The notes under the pieces: generated by a model
What the model was told of the DNA's origin: nothing
The model's input: only the letters and a program-made list of their open reading frames with translations
Database searches by the model: none
From: an uncultured Gammaproteobacteria bacterium
GTDB taxonomy: Bacteria > Pseudomonadota > Gammaproteobacteria > Thiohalorhabdales > CAYUWI01
NCBI GenBank assembly: GCA_964448275.1
Contig: CAYUWI010000002.1
Location: 1 to 47,553, forward strand
Length of the DNA: 47,553 nt
Reading direction: 5' to 3'
Position numbers and translations under genes: made by a program
In this document: positions 18,751 to 33,750 of the stretch, in pieces
How positions within the stretch are numbered: position 1 is the first letter of the stretch
Layout: every line of letters begins with the position of its first letter

Positions 18751-19848
18751 GTGCGGTTCCATTGCAATAGAGAAGAACTCCTGAAGACGATTGCACCTAC
18801 TACAGGGGTTGTGGAAGCGCGTCAAACGCTTCCGATCTTAGGGCACCTCCATCTCGAGGTAACCACAGATCGGGTCATCCTGACTGGGACCGATCTCGAG
18901 GTCGCGTTGAAGGCTTGGTGCCCAGCCCAGGTAGAGGAGCTGGGAGAAGCAACGGTTCCAGCTCGAAAATTCTTGGAACTAACACGTTCTCTCCCAGAGG
19001 GAGCCGATTTGCAGCTGGGTCAGGCCGACGGGCAAGTATGGATTCAAACGAAGCGCAGTCGGTTTGGTCTTGCCACCCTTCCTCCGGATGATTTTCCGGA
19101 GTTAGAGCTGGGCGACCCCGAGCAAGAGGTTTCGCTTTCTCAGGGTGTCCTGAAAAGGTTACTCGGTAAAACCTCCTTCGCTATGGCACGAGATGATGTA
19201 CGTTATTACCTCAATGGGATCTTCCTCGAGTGGATGGAAACAAATCTCCGGGCTGTAGCCACTGATGGCCATCGCTTGGCGTTGATGGACCACGAGGTTG
19301 CACCGGCTGAGAATCCTGTTCGGGTCATATTGCCACGGAAGGGGGTTCGGGAGTTAGAACGTCTACTCACTGAGCGTGAGGATGAACTAGAAGTCGGGTT
19401 TGGGCCAAATCACGTGCGTTTCCGGCTCCCGAGACTTACCTGTACCTCAAAGTTAATTGAAGGCCAATTTCCGGATTACCACCGGGTCATCCCGACGCTG
19501 GAGGGCAACCGACTTCAAGGAGATCGCCAGGCGATTTTGCAAGCCTTAAAGCGTGTTGCCATCCTCTCTCACCGCAAGACCCGCAGGATCCGACTGAATT
19601 GCCGATCCGATCTCTTGGAGATCAGTGCGGAAAACCCCGATCAAGAACAGGCGAACGAGGAGATCCCGGTTTCCTATGATGGGGAACCTTTGGAGATCGG
19701 GTTTAATGTCGAGTATCTGCTGCATGCCGTGGGAGCTATTCCGACAAGCGAGGTATGCTTCCATTTCCAAGATAGCCAATCGAGCTGCCTTGTTGTCCCG
19801 ACCGGTGCACCGACCGTGAAATATGTCATTATGCCGATGCATCTGTAA
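18751..19848 (+). CDS. dnaN: DNA polymerase III beta sliding clamp
   Basis: 365-aa ORF with a GTG start. N-terminus F.C.REELLK...RQTLPILGHLHLEV and C-terminus VIMPMHL, typical of DnaN. Followed by recF and gyrB. Confidence 0.95.
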   Translation: MRFHCNREELLKTIAPTTGVVEARQTLPILGHLHLEVTTDRVILTGTDLEVALKAWCPAQVEELGEATVPARKFLELTRSLPEGADLQLGQADGQVWIQTKRSRFGLATLPPDDFPELELGDPEQEVSLSQGVLKRLLGKTSFAMARDDVRYYLNGIFLEWMETNLRAVATDGHRLALMDHEVAPAENPVRVILPRKGVRELERLLTEREDELEVGFGPNHVRFRLPRLTCTSKLIEGQFPDYHRVIPTLEGNRLQGDRQAILQALKRVAILSHRKTRRIRLNCRSDLLEISAENPDQEQANEEIPVSYDGEPLEIGFNVEYLLHAVGAIPTSEVCFHFQDSQSSCLVVPTGAPTVKYVIMPMHL

Positions 19849-19854
19849 CTGCTG

Positions 19855-25000
<5,146 letters not shown>

Positions 25001-25030
25001 AGGCATTGGATCTACAAGGCGGGGGCACCA

Positions 25031-25051
25031 CTGGCTGGGGCCATCAGCCAG
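25031..25051. terminator. short hairpin between the convergent gyrB and cytochrome genes (possible bidirectional terminator)
   Basis: CTGGCTG-gggccat-CAGCCAG: a 7-bp stem with no clear U tract. Confidence 0.3.
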
Positions 25052-25054
25052 CCC

Positions 25055-26152
25055 TTACTTGGCTTGTTGCCTTTGTTGGGCTGGGGCCCCACTCAGATAG
25101 GTAGCTACTGCTCGGATCTCCTTGTCGGTCAGTTTGTCAGCGAAACTCCGCATCATGCCATAGGGGTCATTGGCCCGGGCACCTATTGCCCAATCGTGAA
25201 GTTGTTTACGGAGATAGCTGGCGTGTTGACCACCGATCCTTGGAAAGACCGGGGGGATACCTCGTCCCTGATAGGTATGGCAGGAGGAGGTGCAGGCTGG
25301 CACACCCCGCTTGGATAGGCCACGCTCGGCGATCCTCTCCCCGAGTTCAAGTAGGGGCGTACTGGCTTCGGATTGAGAGACCGAGGCGCGCTGTTCTGCG
25401 TAGTATGCGGCCACATCCCACATCTGTTGCTCACTTAGAGCCTTGGCAATACGAGCCATAATCGAGGAGTTGGTCCGAACCCCAGTTGCGAAGTCCTGAA
25501 GCTGTTTGAACTGATAGACCGCACTTAGACCCGACAGCTGAGGCACCCCCGCCTGGGGCTGGCCTCGACCCGAAGGCCCATGGCAGTTCTTGCAGGCTAC
25601 AATCCCATTACTGTCAGAAGGGGTCTTAACCGCGATTTGCTTGCCAACCTCGGGATTGCCCTGGGGCAAGCGGGTGGTGGCCTGGACTGATCGAGTGACC
25701 GACTTACCTGAGGCTAACGACTCTGGTGGCTGAGTTGGGAGATCTTTCGCCTTATCCTGCACCTTCCGGGATACTGCACCGGCTTGGGATCGTCCAGGAG
25801 TCGATTCACCTAGTCCCGCAATCCAATCGGCGATGGCCTTGAGCTTTTCGGTCTTGCCCACTGCCTGGGGTTGGGGCGGCATGCTCATGCCTCCAGTGAG
25901 CTCAGTCCACTTCCCCTGGGAGCCGTTCTTGGTCACCTCCTTGATGGCCTCGAGGATCTTGTCCGAATCGCCGTTATACTTCTCCGCGACCTTGGCAAGC
26001 GGCGGCCCAACGAGTTGCGTCTGAGCCGCATGACAACCGGTACACCCAAATTCCTTGGCTGCCTGCTGACCCGAGGCGGCCAGGGCAGCAGCCCCCCCTA
26101 CAACCCCGAGAACGGCAGCAACTAAGAGCAGGACCTGACGCATAGCACCCAT
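25055..26152 (-). CDS. tri-heme c-type cytochrome: c551/c552-like domain fused to a c4-like di-heme module
   Basis: Signal peptide, then heme motifs CTGCH, CKNCH and CTSSCH. The two C-terminal modules resemble cytochrome c4 repeats (PQLSGLSAVYQFKQLQDF and PRIGGQHASYLRKQLHDW). A long Pro/Ser/Gln-rich linker follows the first domain. Confidence 0.8.
   Translation of the reverse strand: MGAMRQVLLLVAAVLGVVGGAAALAASGQQAAKEFGCTGCHAAQTQLVGPPLAKVAEKYNGDSDKILEAIKEVTKNGSQGKWTELTGGMSMPPQPQAVGKTEKLKAIADWIAGLGESTPGRSQAGAVSRKVQDKAKDLPTQPPESLASGKSVTRSVQATTRLPQGNPEVGKQIAVKTPSDSNGIVACKNCHGPSGRGQPQAGVPQLSGLSAVYQFKQLQDFATGVRTNSSIMARIAKALSEQQMWDVAAYYAEQRASVSQSEASTPLLELGERIAERGLSKRGVPACTSSCHTYQGRGIPPVFPRIGGQHASYLRKQLHDWAIGARANDPYGMMRSFADKLTDKEIRAVATYLSGAPAQQRQQAK
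25818..26081. repeat. 264-bp direct repeat, copy A (inside the tri-heme cytochrome gene)
   Basis: I compared it base by base with 26235..26498 and it is identical. The offset between copies is 417 bp. Confidence 0.9.
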
Positions 26153-26169
26153 TCTGGTTTGTGGATGAG

Positions 26170-26197
26170 AAAGATCCAGCCCAAGGGCTGGATCTTT
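26170..26197 (-). terminator. strong stem-loop between the two cytochrome genes (terminator or processing site)
   Basis: AAAGATCCAGCC-caag-GGCTGGATCTTT: a 12-bp perfect stem with a 4-nt loop. It ends in TTT, but no long U tract follows on the minus strand. Confidence 0.5.
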
Positions 26198-26218
26198 CCC
26201 CTTGACCTTCTGTGTTCC

Positions 26219-26563
26219 TTACTCGGCCAACCCTGCAATCCAATCGGCGATGGCCTTGAGCTTTTCGGTCTTGCCCACTGCCTGGGGTTGGGGCGGCATG
26301 CTCATGCCTCCAGTGAGCTCAGTCCACTTCCCCTGGGAGCCGTTCTTGGTCACCTCCTTGATGGCCTCGAGGATCTTGTCCGAATCGCCGTTATACTTCT
26401 CCGCGACCTTGGCAAGCGGCGGCCCAACGAGTTGCGTCTGAGCCGCATGACAACCGGTACACCCAAATTCCTTGGCTGCCTGCTGACCCGAGGCGGCCGA
26501 GCTAACTAAGGGGGTGGCACACAAAATGGCTCCAGCAATCATGGCAATATAAGAGATTTTCAT
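26219..26563 (-). CDS. mono-heme cytochrome c551/c552-like protein
   Basis: 114-aa ORF with a signal peptide (MKISYIAMIAGAILCATPLVSSA), one CTGCH motif and a distal Met region (GGMSMPP). Confidence 0.85.
   Translation of the reverse strand: MKISYIAMIAGAILCATPLVSSAASGQQAAKEFGCTGCHAAQTQLVGPPLAKVAEKYNGDSDKILEAIKEVTKNGSQGKWTELTGGMSMPPQPQAVGKTEKLKAIADWIAGLAE
26235..26498. repeat. 264-bp direct repeat, copy B (inside the mono-heme cytochrome gene)
   Basis: Identical to 25818..26081. The sequences flanking the two copies are unrelated. Confidence 0.9.
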
Positions 26564-26664
26564 GCCTTTTATCTCCTTTAACCCGATTAAGGAGTTTGGT
26601 GTAGACTATACAAAGCCAAGCACTATAAGAATAATCTGCTACTGGGTCAATTACAGCCATCCTT

Positions 26665-27291
26665 ATGCATCCCTCACTCCACCAAGTCCACTTCGTAAAG
26701 GCCGTTTCTAATCCCCGAGATCTCCCCTCTGATCAGGGCTTAGAGATCGCTTTTGCTGGCCGCTCGAATGTTGGTAAATCCAGTGCGATCAATGCCCTCC
26801 TCAATCGCAAGCGGCTGGCCCGTATAAGCCAACGGTCTGGATGTACACAACAGATACACTTCTACCAATTAGGTCCTATGGCCCGTCTTTTGGTCGACCT
26901 TCCTGGTTACGGTTTCGCCCGTGTCCCGCATACCATAAAGGCACATTGGGGTAAGCTGGTCGACAGCTATCTCTACCACCGTAAGAGCTTGGCTGGATTG
27001 ACCCTCGTGATGGATATTCGCCATCCGATGCAACCGTTCGACCGGCAGTTACTCGAATGGAGTACTACCTTTGGGCTACCAGTACATATCCTGCTCACCA
27101 AGGCAGACAAGGTAAATCGTGGACAACAGCTAACCACTGTAGGCCAAGTGAGCCACGACCTCGCTCAACGATATCCTTACTGCTCCTGCCAGTCTTTCTC
27201 CACAACTCGTCACCTCGGGATTGAGGAGGGGCAAGCCTGGTTGTGCACCCAGCTACAACTCGATGAGGTGGCCCAAACCCAACTAAACTAG
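26665..27291 (+). CDS. engB: ribosome biogenesis GTP-binding protein YihA/EngB
   Basis: G1 GRSNVGKSS, G3 DLPGYG, G4 TKADK. Divergent from the cytochrome c genes, as in pseudomonads. Confidence 0.9.
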   Translation: MHPSLHQVHFVKAVSNPRDLPSDQGLEIAFAGRSNVGKSSAINALLNRKRLARISQRSGCTQQIHFYQLGPMARLLVDLPGYGFARVPHTIKAHWGKLVDSYLYHRKSLAGLTLVMDIRHPMQPFDRQLLEWSTTFGLPVHILLTKADKVNRGQQLTTVGQVSHDLAQRYPYCSCQSFSTTRHLGIEEGQAWLCTQLQLDEVAQTQLN

Positions 27292-27315
27292 ATCCACCTT
27301 CAATAGGGAGCTCTA

Positions 27316-27861
27316 TCAGCGGAAGCGTTTCCCTGTCACAGCGTCGATAATTGCGGAGGGTTGGCGATCTCCCCCAAGAGGACCTGCGAGATAGTAGTCG
27401 AGCTGCACACCGAATCGGCGCTGGCATTCAATTACCGAACGAGCAGGGGATTCACCATGGCGGTTGGCACTGGTGGAAACTACAGCACCTCCGAAGGCTT
27501 GGCAGAGCTGAGCTGCTTCTGGATGGGCAGTCCAACGCAGTGCGAGGGTAGCATGGTCACCCTGAATCCAGGGAAGCTCTCTCCCTGGAGCTGGGGGGAC
27601 AAGGAAGGTTGCTGGTCCAGGCCAGGCAGCTTGCAGCCTCTTGAAGGCGGGTCCTGGAAGCTCTCCGATGTAGGGCTCTAAGTGCCCCCATTCCCCTCCA
27701 ATGAGGATCAATCCTTCCGCTTGAGCCCGGCATTTGATGTCAAGAAGCCGGAGCACGGCCTCTTGGTCCAAGGGGTCACAGCCTAACCCGAAACAGCTCT
27801 CGGTCGGGTAGGCGATCACCGCACCTTGCGCCAGTCTCCAAGCAGCCACCGGCACACTCAT
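27316..27861 (-). CDS. tsaC: L-threonylcarbamoyladenylate synthase TsaC (YrdC family)
   Basis: 181-aa ORF with YPTESCFGLGCDP and VSTSANRHGESP motifs. Confidence 0.85.
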   Translation of the reverse strand: MSVPVAAWRLAQGAVIAYPTESCFGLGCDPLDQEAVLRLLDIKCRAQAEGLILIGGEWGHLEPYIGELPGPAFKRLQAAWPGPATFLVPPAPGRELPWIQGDHATLALRWTAHPEAAQLCQAFGGAVVSTSANRHGESPARSVIECQRRFGVQLDYYLAGPLGGDRQPSAIIDAVTGKRFR

Positions 27862-28006
27862 AATCGGTTATTGCTCCTCTACCAGGTGGGCTACCCCAAA
27901 TGGTATTCCTTCCCTTCGCCTTCTACACTCTGACCTGATCGGTCCAGGTCAAGTGCCCAGTGGACTGCTAGGACGCGAGGGGGTGTAGAACGAACAAGAA
28001 ATCAGA

Positions 28007-29305
28007 CTACCAACCTGAGTGGTCACTGATCCCTCGACCTTCGGCATGGTAACCGATGTCTTGGCGATAATAGACACTGGACCAATGGATGCGTTTGGCC
28101 ACCGCCAAGGCCCGATCCCGAGCTGTCGGGATGTCCTCCCCTATGGCAGTTATACCGAGGACTCGTCCCCCTGCTGTGACAACCTGATCGTCTTGGAGTC
28201 GGGTTCCAGCGTGGAAGACCTTGGTCTTTTCGTCAGAGGGGAGCTCTGAGAGCCCTTCAATTACCTCCCCCTTGGGGTAAGGGCCAGGATAGCCTTTGGC
28301 GACCTGCACTACACATAGGGCCGTTCGAGAATCCCACCGAGCCCGCTTCTCAGCCAACCCCCCGGTAAACACAGCCTCTATCAGGTCAGTCAGATCGCTG
28401 TCCAAGCGCATCATGAGGGGCTGGCACTCGGGATCGCCGAGGCGGCAATTAAACTCTAGAACCTGGGGTTGACCCTCAGTGATGATTACTCCGACATAGA
28501 GGATCCCCTGGTAAGGTGTCCCTTCAGCCGCCATCCCAGCTACCGTGGGATAAACGATTTGCTCGAGGACCCGGTTATGGACCTCTCGGGTCGCTGCAGG
28601 TGTGGGGGAATAGGCCCCCATCCCCCCAGTATTGGGGCCAGTGTCCCCTTCCAATAGGGGCTTATGATCCTGACAAGCAACCAGCGGGAGGACCTCGGTA
28701 CCGTCAACCAGGCAAAAAAAAGAAGCTTCTTCCCCAGTAAGCCAACGCTCTATAACGATCCGTTCGCCAGCCTCGCCAAAGCGTCCCCCTAATATCTCTT
28801 GGACCGCGACACGGGCCTCTGCGACCGTCTGGGCTTGTAGCACCCCTTTACCGGAGGCCAGCCCATCCGCCTTAATGGCAAGTGGTCCCCCTAGGTGCTC
28901 GGCGAAGGCAACGGCTTCTTCTGGATCAGAGAAGCTCTCGTGGGATGGGGTCGGAATACCATGGCGTTGCATAAACGCCTTGGCAAAGGCCTTCGACGCC
29001 TCGAGGCGAGCAGAAGAAGCGCTCGGGCCAAAGCACCTAAGACCAGCGGCTGCAAACTGGTCTACAATCCCTGCGACCAGTGGGGCCTCTGGTCCAACGA
29101 CGGTGAGGTCGATCCTTTGGTCCTTTGCAAAATGAAGCAGACTTGCGATATCGATCTCATCAATCGGGACATTTTCGGTTCCGGGTTCGGTTGCTGTTCC
29201 TGCATTCCCCGGGGCACAGTAGATCTGTTCGACTCGCGGGCTTTGCTGTAGCTTCCAGACGAGGGCATGCTCCCGTCCGCCTCCGCCAACCACCAGAATA
29301 CGCAT
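28007..29305 (-). CDS. purD: phosphoribosylamine--glycine ligase
   Basis: MRILVVGGGGREHALVWKL, an ATP-grasp core, and GGMGAYSP. Confidence 0.95.
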   Translation of the reverse strand: MRILVVGGGGREHALVWKLQQSPRVEQIYCAPGNAGTATEPGTENVPIDEIDIASLLHFAKDQRIDLTVVGPEAPLVAGIVDQFAAAGLRCFGPSASSARLEASKAFAKAFMQRHGIPTPSHESFSDPEEAVAFAEHLGGPLAIKADGLASGKGVLQAQTVAEARVAVQEILGGRFGEAGERIVIERWLTGEEASFFCLVDGTEVLPLVACQDHKPLLEGDTGPNTGGMGAYSPTPAATREVHNRVLEQIVYPTVAGMAAEGTPYQGILYVGVIITEGQPQVLEFNCRLGDPECQPLMMRLDSDLTDLIEAVFTGGLAEKRARWDSRTALCVVQVAKGYPGPYPKGEVIEGLSELPSDEKTKVFHAGTRLQDDQVVTAGGRVLGITAIGEDIPTARDRALAVAKRIHWSSVYYRQDIGYHAEGRGISDHSGW

Positions 29306-29333
29306 CCCTTGCTGTTACCTCACTGAAGGTGCC

Positions 29334-30893
29334 CTAATGTCGAAAGTGACGGATACCCGTAAAGGCCATGGCCAGACCATGTTCGTTAGCAGCATCAATG
29401 ACTTCCTCATCGCGACGGGAGCCACCAGGCTGGATCACTGCGCTGCACCCCACCTCGGCAGCGGCATCAAGACCATCCCGGAATGGGAAGAAGGCATCTG
29501 AGGCCATCACGCTTCCCTCCAAAGGGGACCGGGCCTTAGTTGCTGCAAGCCGAACAGCATCAGCCCGGCTCATCTGGCCGGCCCCAATCCCGACTGTGGT
29601 ACACCCCATAGCGTATACAATGGCGTTGGATTTAGTGTGCTTGACTACTCGCCAAGCAAATAGTAGATCCCGCCATTGGGCGTCTGTGGGCCTCTGCTCC
29701 GTGACCACCTGAAGTACATCTGGCTGATATAGGCTGTGGTCACGTTCCTGGATAAGGACCCCCCCACCTACACGCTTAAGGTCCCAGCCCTCCGGATTGC
29801 CCTCTCCCAGAGTTGGAATTGCGAGGACCCTCAAGTTCTTTCGCTTCGCCAATACAGCAAGCGCTGCCTCGTCGTACCCTGGGGCAATAAGCACTTCGAC
29901 AAACCGTTCCAGAAGGGCATTGGCTACGGCCTCCCCAACCCAACCATTGAAGGCGATTACCCCTCCAAAGGCTGACTCTGGGTCGCAGGCGAAGGCGGCC
30001 TGGTAGGCACCCAGCAGGTCACTCCATTCGGCTACTCCACAAGGGTTGGTATGCTTGACGATCACACAGGCAGGTTGGGAGAACTCCTTGATGGCCTCTA
30101 GGGCAGCATCGAGGTCAGCTACATTGTTAAAGGAAAGGGCCTTACCTTGAAGGGGGGTCGCAGTCGCTACGCAGACCTCGCTTATCCCGGGCTCGCGATA
30201 GAGGGCGGCTTGTTGATGGGGGTTCTCCCCGTAGCGCATATCACGAACCTTCTGGAGCTGTCGGTTCAAAGTTGCAGGGAAAAGCGAACGGCTCCCGTCT
30301 TGTTGGACCCTCCCGAAGAATTCAGCAATGGCACCCTCGTAGCGTGCGGTGTGCTCAAAGGCCTTGCGTGCTAGCTCAAATCGGGTCGATTCACTCACCG
30401 AACCGTTACGGAACAGCTCCGAAAGGAGCCTGTCATAGTCTTTGGGATCCACAATCACGACCACATGGTGGTAATTCTTCGCCCCGGCTCGCAGCAGTGT
30501 TGGCCCACCAATATCGATATTCGTGATCGCAGTAGCCAGATCCTGGTCGGGATCAGCTGTGACTTGTTCAAATGGGTAGAGATTAACGACAACTAGATCG
30601 ATTCCGGCGATCGCATAGTTCACCATCTCCTGGCGATGGTCGGCCCGATTACGCTCGGAAAGAATCCCACCGTGGATTTGCGGGTGTAAGGTCTTGACTC
30701 GACCGTCAAAGAGCTCCGGGAACCCCGTGAATTCGGTAACCTCACGCACCGAGACGCCGGCATCTCGGAGGGCTTGGGCTGTCCCACCGGTCGACACAAC
30801 CTCGATCCCACATCGTACTTGTAACTCGTGGATAAATGGGGTTAGGCCTGACTTGTCCGAGACACTCACCAGTGCCCGTTTAACCTGTTCCAT
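29334..30893 (-). CDS. purH: bifunctional AICAR transformylase / IMP cyclohydrolase
   Basis: MGS-like N-terminus ([11 protein letters not shown]) plus [16 protein letters not shown] and IQPGGSRRD. Confidence 0.95.
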   Translation of the reverse strand: MEQVKRALVSVSDKSGLTPFIHELQVRCGIEVVSTGGTAQALRDAGVSVREVTEFTGFPELFDGRVKTLHPQIHGGILSERNRADHRQEMVNYAIAGIDLVVVNLYPFEQVTADPDQDLATAITNIDIGGPTLLRAGAKNYHHVVVIVDPKDYDRLLSELFRNGSVSESTRFELARKAFEHTARYEGAIAEFFGRVQQDGSRSLFPATLNRQLQKVRDMRYGENPHQQAALYREPGISEVCVATATPLQGKALSFNNVADLDAALEAIKEFSQPACVIVKHTNPCGVAEWSDLLGAYQAAFACDPESAFGGVIAFNGWVGEAVANALLERFVEVLIAPGYDEAALAVLAKRKNLRVLAIPTLGEGNPEGWDLKRVGGGVLIQERDHSLYQPDVLQVVTEQRPTDAQWRDLLFAWRVVKHTKSNAIVYAMGCTTVGIGAGQMSRADAVRLAATKARSPLEGSVMASDAFFPFRDGLDAAAEVGCSAVIQPGGSRRDEEVIDAANEHGLAMAFTGIRHFRH

Positions 30894-31051
30894 CTCCCTC
30901 TCTCTGGAGTCAGCTCGACTTACCCTTACATTAGGGTATAACTAGTAATAAGAATACCATACATGGCTTTAACTGTTCGCTAAGTGGGAAGCTATGGTAA
31001 TGGAAATTCAAATTCCGAAGCTGGAACCAGGCAACACAACTGATATCTGCA

Positions 31052-31927
31052 TTACCCTATATGGATCCCCTCGATGCATGCCCACTCATTGAGGTAGATC
31101 TCGCCAGTCCAACAGAGCTCAGGGAAGGCCTGGCGCACTTCATGCACTTGATTCCTCAATAGGCCCGAGAGCAAAAGCCTTCCCCCGATTGCAGTCGCAC
31201 GGGTTAGTTCGGTCGCCAATTCGACCAAGGTACGTGCTAGAAGGTTGGCAACCACTAGAGAGAATGACCCGTTGGTCTCCACCGACCTCGGGGGAGCTAT
31301 CTGGAGATGGTCTAGCAAGCTATTTTGGCGGCGGTTGGTTTGCGCCAACTCAAGGGCCAACGGATCGTTATCCACTGCGAGTGCTTGCCCTGCACCTAAC
31401 TTAAGTGCAGCAATGGCCAGGATCCCACTTCCGCAGCCATAATCGAGGACCCTGGGGGGGTGATTAGGATATATATGCTCCTCGAGCCACTCTAGGCATA
31501 GGTGGGTGGTCTCATGGTGGCCCGTGCCAAAGGCCATCCCTGGCGTCAGGACCAAGCCTACCCGCCCCGTAGGCGGGTTGGTAGGTGCCCAATCGGGGCA
31601 GATCCAGAGCCTTCTACCCACTGGATAGGGAGAGAAGCTTTTCTTCCACGTATCGCTCCAGTCCTGTTCAGAGATCGAAGTGATCTCTGTCATTATCACG
31701 GTCCCTAGGGCCCTGGTAAGGCGCTCCTCGAGATCAGTGGGTAGAGAATTGGTCCGAAATAGTCCAGTAATAGAGTTGTCTGCCTCTATCCCGCCAGGAT
31801 CTCGGCCCAGCTCTTCCAGTTGGGATCCAGTAGTGGTAACCGCCTCGGCACCGGCTGCGAAAAGGGCCTCTTCAGCAGCCGTCACCTGTATGCAAGGAAC
31901 ACTTATACGTGCTTCGACCCAACCCAT
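31052..31927 (-). CDS. prmA: ribosomal protein L11 methyltransferase
   Basis: SAM-binding motif VLDYGCGSGILAIAA and the PrmA N-terminal domain. Lies directly downstream of accBC, as in many proteobacteria. Confidence 0.9.
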   Translation of the reverse strand: MGWVEARISVPCIQVTAAEEALFAAGAEAVTTTGSQLEELGRDPGGIEADNSITGLFRTNSLPTDLEERLTRALGTVIMTEITSISEQDWSDTWKKSFSPYPVGRRLWICPDWAPTNPPTGRVGLVLTPGMAFGTGHHETTHLCLEWLEEHIYPNHPPRVLDYGCGSGILAIAALKLGAGQALAVDNDPLALELAQTNRRQNSLLDHLQIAPPRSVETNGSFSLVVANLLARTLVELATELTRATAIGGRLLLSGLLRNQVHEVRQAFPELCWTGEIYLNEWACIEGIHIG

Positions 31928-31938
31928 AGCCCGCTCTA

Positions 31939-33282
31939 TTACTCCTCCCCCAGGAATCGCTCCAGGAAATGGATATCTACTCCTCCGGTGACGAATCGGC
32001 TATCACGTAGGAGCCGCTGGTAGAGTGGAATCGTCGTCTTGACTCCACCTATTATGAATTCGTCCAAGGCCCGGGAAAGTCGCGCTAGGGCTTCGTTTCG
32101 ATCCCGACCATGAACAATAAGTTTTCCAATCAAGGAGTCATAATACGGCGGAATAACATAGCCAGTGTAGGCAAGGGTATCGACCCTAACCCCTGGCCCC
32201 CCGGGGAGATGGAAAGGCGAAACAGTACCCGGGGAAGGGTAAAAGGTCTGGGGATCTTCAGCATTGATTCGGCACTCGATGGCGTGCCCCCAAACACAGA
32301 TGTCGGACTGTCTGAGCCCCAAGGTCTCCCCTGCAGCGATACGGATCTGCTCTTTGACCAGGTCAATATTGGTTATCTCTTCGGTGACGGGGTGCTCGAC
32401 CTGGATCCGGGTATTCATCTCGATAAAGTAGAAAGACCCCTCCTTGTCCATGAGGAATTCATAGGTCCCAGCCCCCTCATAACCAAGCTCTTGGGCTGCT
32501 TGTGCGCAACGCTCACCGAGCCATTGCCGGGTCCGACCATCAATTCCTGGGGCTGGGGCCTCTTCGATCAACTTCTGGTGCCGCCGCTGGACTGAACAGT
32601 CACGCTCTCCAAGATGGAGAGCATTACCATAGCGATCAACGAGGATCTGGATCTCGACATGGCGAGGCATCGGTATAAATTTTTCTAAATAAACCGTCTC
32701 ATTTCCGAACGCCTTGCCTGCCTCGGCCTGGGTCATAGAGATGGCATTCAGTAGGCTGGCGTCAGTATGTACTACTCGCATACCTCGTCCGCCGCCACCA
32801 CCAGCAGCCTTGATCATTATCGGATATCCGATCTCCTGGGCGAGATGCTTGATCTCCATCTCATCAGAAGGGATCCCCTCTGAACCGGGAACACAGGGTA
32901 TTCCGGCTTTCTCCATGGCAGCCTTTGCGGCAACCTTGTCCCCCATAGTGCGGAGGAGTTTGGGCGAAGGACCGATAAAGACCAAGCCCGAAGATTCTAC
33001 AATCTCCGCGAAGTCGGCGTTTTCAGCGAGGAATCCGTAGCCGGGATGAATCGCTTCGGCATCAGTGACCTCGGCTGCACTCATGATGGCTGGGATATGG
33101 AGATAGCTTTGGTCTGCTGGCCCAGGCCCAATGCAGACTGACTCATCAGCGAGTTTGACATGTTTGGCATCACGATCGCTGGTGGAGTGTACAGCAACCG
33201 CTTTGATGCCCATCTCTCGGCAAGCACGCAGAATACGTAGCGCGATCTCCCCTCGATTGGCGATCAGCACCTTCTCGAACAT
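31939..33282 (-). CDS. accC: acetyl-CoA carboxylase biotin carboxylase subunit
   Basis: [17 protein letters not shown], the ATP-grasp motif [10 protein letters not shown], and [14 protein letters not shown]. Confidence 0.95.
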   Translation of the reverse strand: MFEKVLIANRGEIALRILRACREMGIKAVAVHSTSDRDAKHVKLADESVCIGPGPADQSYLHIPAIMSAAEVTDAEAIHPGYGFLAENADFAEIVESSGLVFIGPSPKLLRTMGDKVAAKAAMEKAGIPCVPGSEGIPSDEMEIKHLAQEIGYPIMIKAAGGGGGRGMRVVHTDASLLNAISMTQAEAGKAFGNETVYLEKFIPMPRHVEIQILVDRYGNALHLGERDCSVQRRHQKLIEEAPAPGIDGRTRQWLGERCAQAAQELGYEGAGTYEFLMDKEGSFYFIEMNTRIQVEHPVTEEITNIDLVKEQIRIAAGETLGLRQSDICVWGHAIECRINAEDPQTFYPSPGTVSPFHLPGGPGVRVDTLAYTGYVIPPYYDSLIGKLIVHGRDRNEALARLSRALDEFIIGGVKTTIPLYQRLLRDSRFVTGGVDIHFLERFLGEE

Positions 33283-33291
33283 AGCGATGAG

Positions 33292-33750
33292 CTAGCCCTC
33301 TGGATCGATCGTAAAAAGGGCCTCACCGAACTCCACGGGTTGGGCATTTTCCACCAAGACCTCCTTAATTCGCCCTGCATGCTCGGACTCAATCTCATTA
33401 AACAGCTTCATAGCCTCAATCACGCACAAGATATCTCCCTGATTGACCCAATCACCAGGGTGAATATAGGGCTCAGCCTCTGGGGAGGGGGACCGGTAGA
33501 AAGTACCCACCATCGGAGCGTATTGAGTATATAACTCTTTTTCAGGTGGGGGAGCAGGCCTTGCCTGTTGTTCGGCAGAGGAGGGAGAGGGCTCCTGGGG
33601 GGACATCGCAGGAGTGGCAGGGGGTGGGGCAGAAGGTTCAGCCTGGCCTCGGGAGAGGCGGATACTCTGTTCACCCTCGGTGATCTCGAGCTCAGAGATA
33701 TCTGATTCTTTGAGCAGTTCGATGAGACGCCGGATCTTACGAATATCCAT
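33292..33750 (-). CDS. accB: acetyl-CoA carboxylase biotin carboxyl carrier protein
   Basis: The start was moved to the ATG at 33750 (MDIRKIRRLIELL; GGGGAGAG upstream). It has a Pro/Ala-rich linker and the biotinylation motif CVIEAMKLFNEIE. Length 152 aa. Confidence 0.9.
   Translation of the reverse strand: MDIRKIRRLIELLKESDISELEITEGEQSIRLSRGQAEPSAPPPATPAMSPQEPSPSSAEQQARPAPPPEKELYTQYAPMVGTFYRSPSPEAEPYIHPGDWVNQGDILCVIEAMKLFNEIESEHAGRIKEVLVENAQPVEFGEALFTIDPEG

Noticed and set aside
26515-26530. TGGCAC-N6-TGGC, resembling a sigma54 -24/-12 element
   Set aside because: The -12 element is not TTGC, it lies inside the cytochrome c551 coding region on the antisense strand, and no gene lies downstream.
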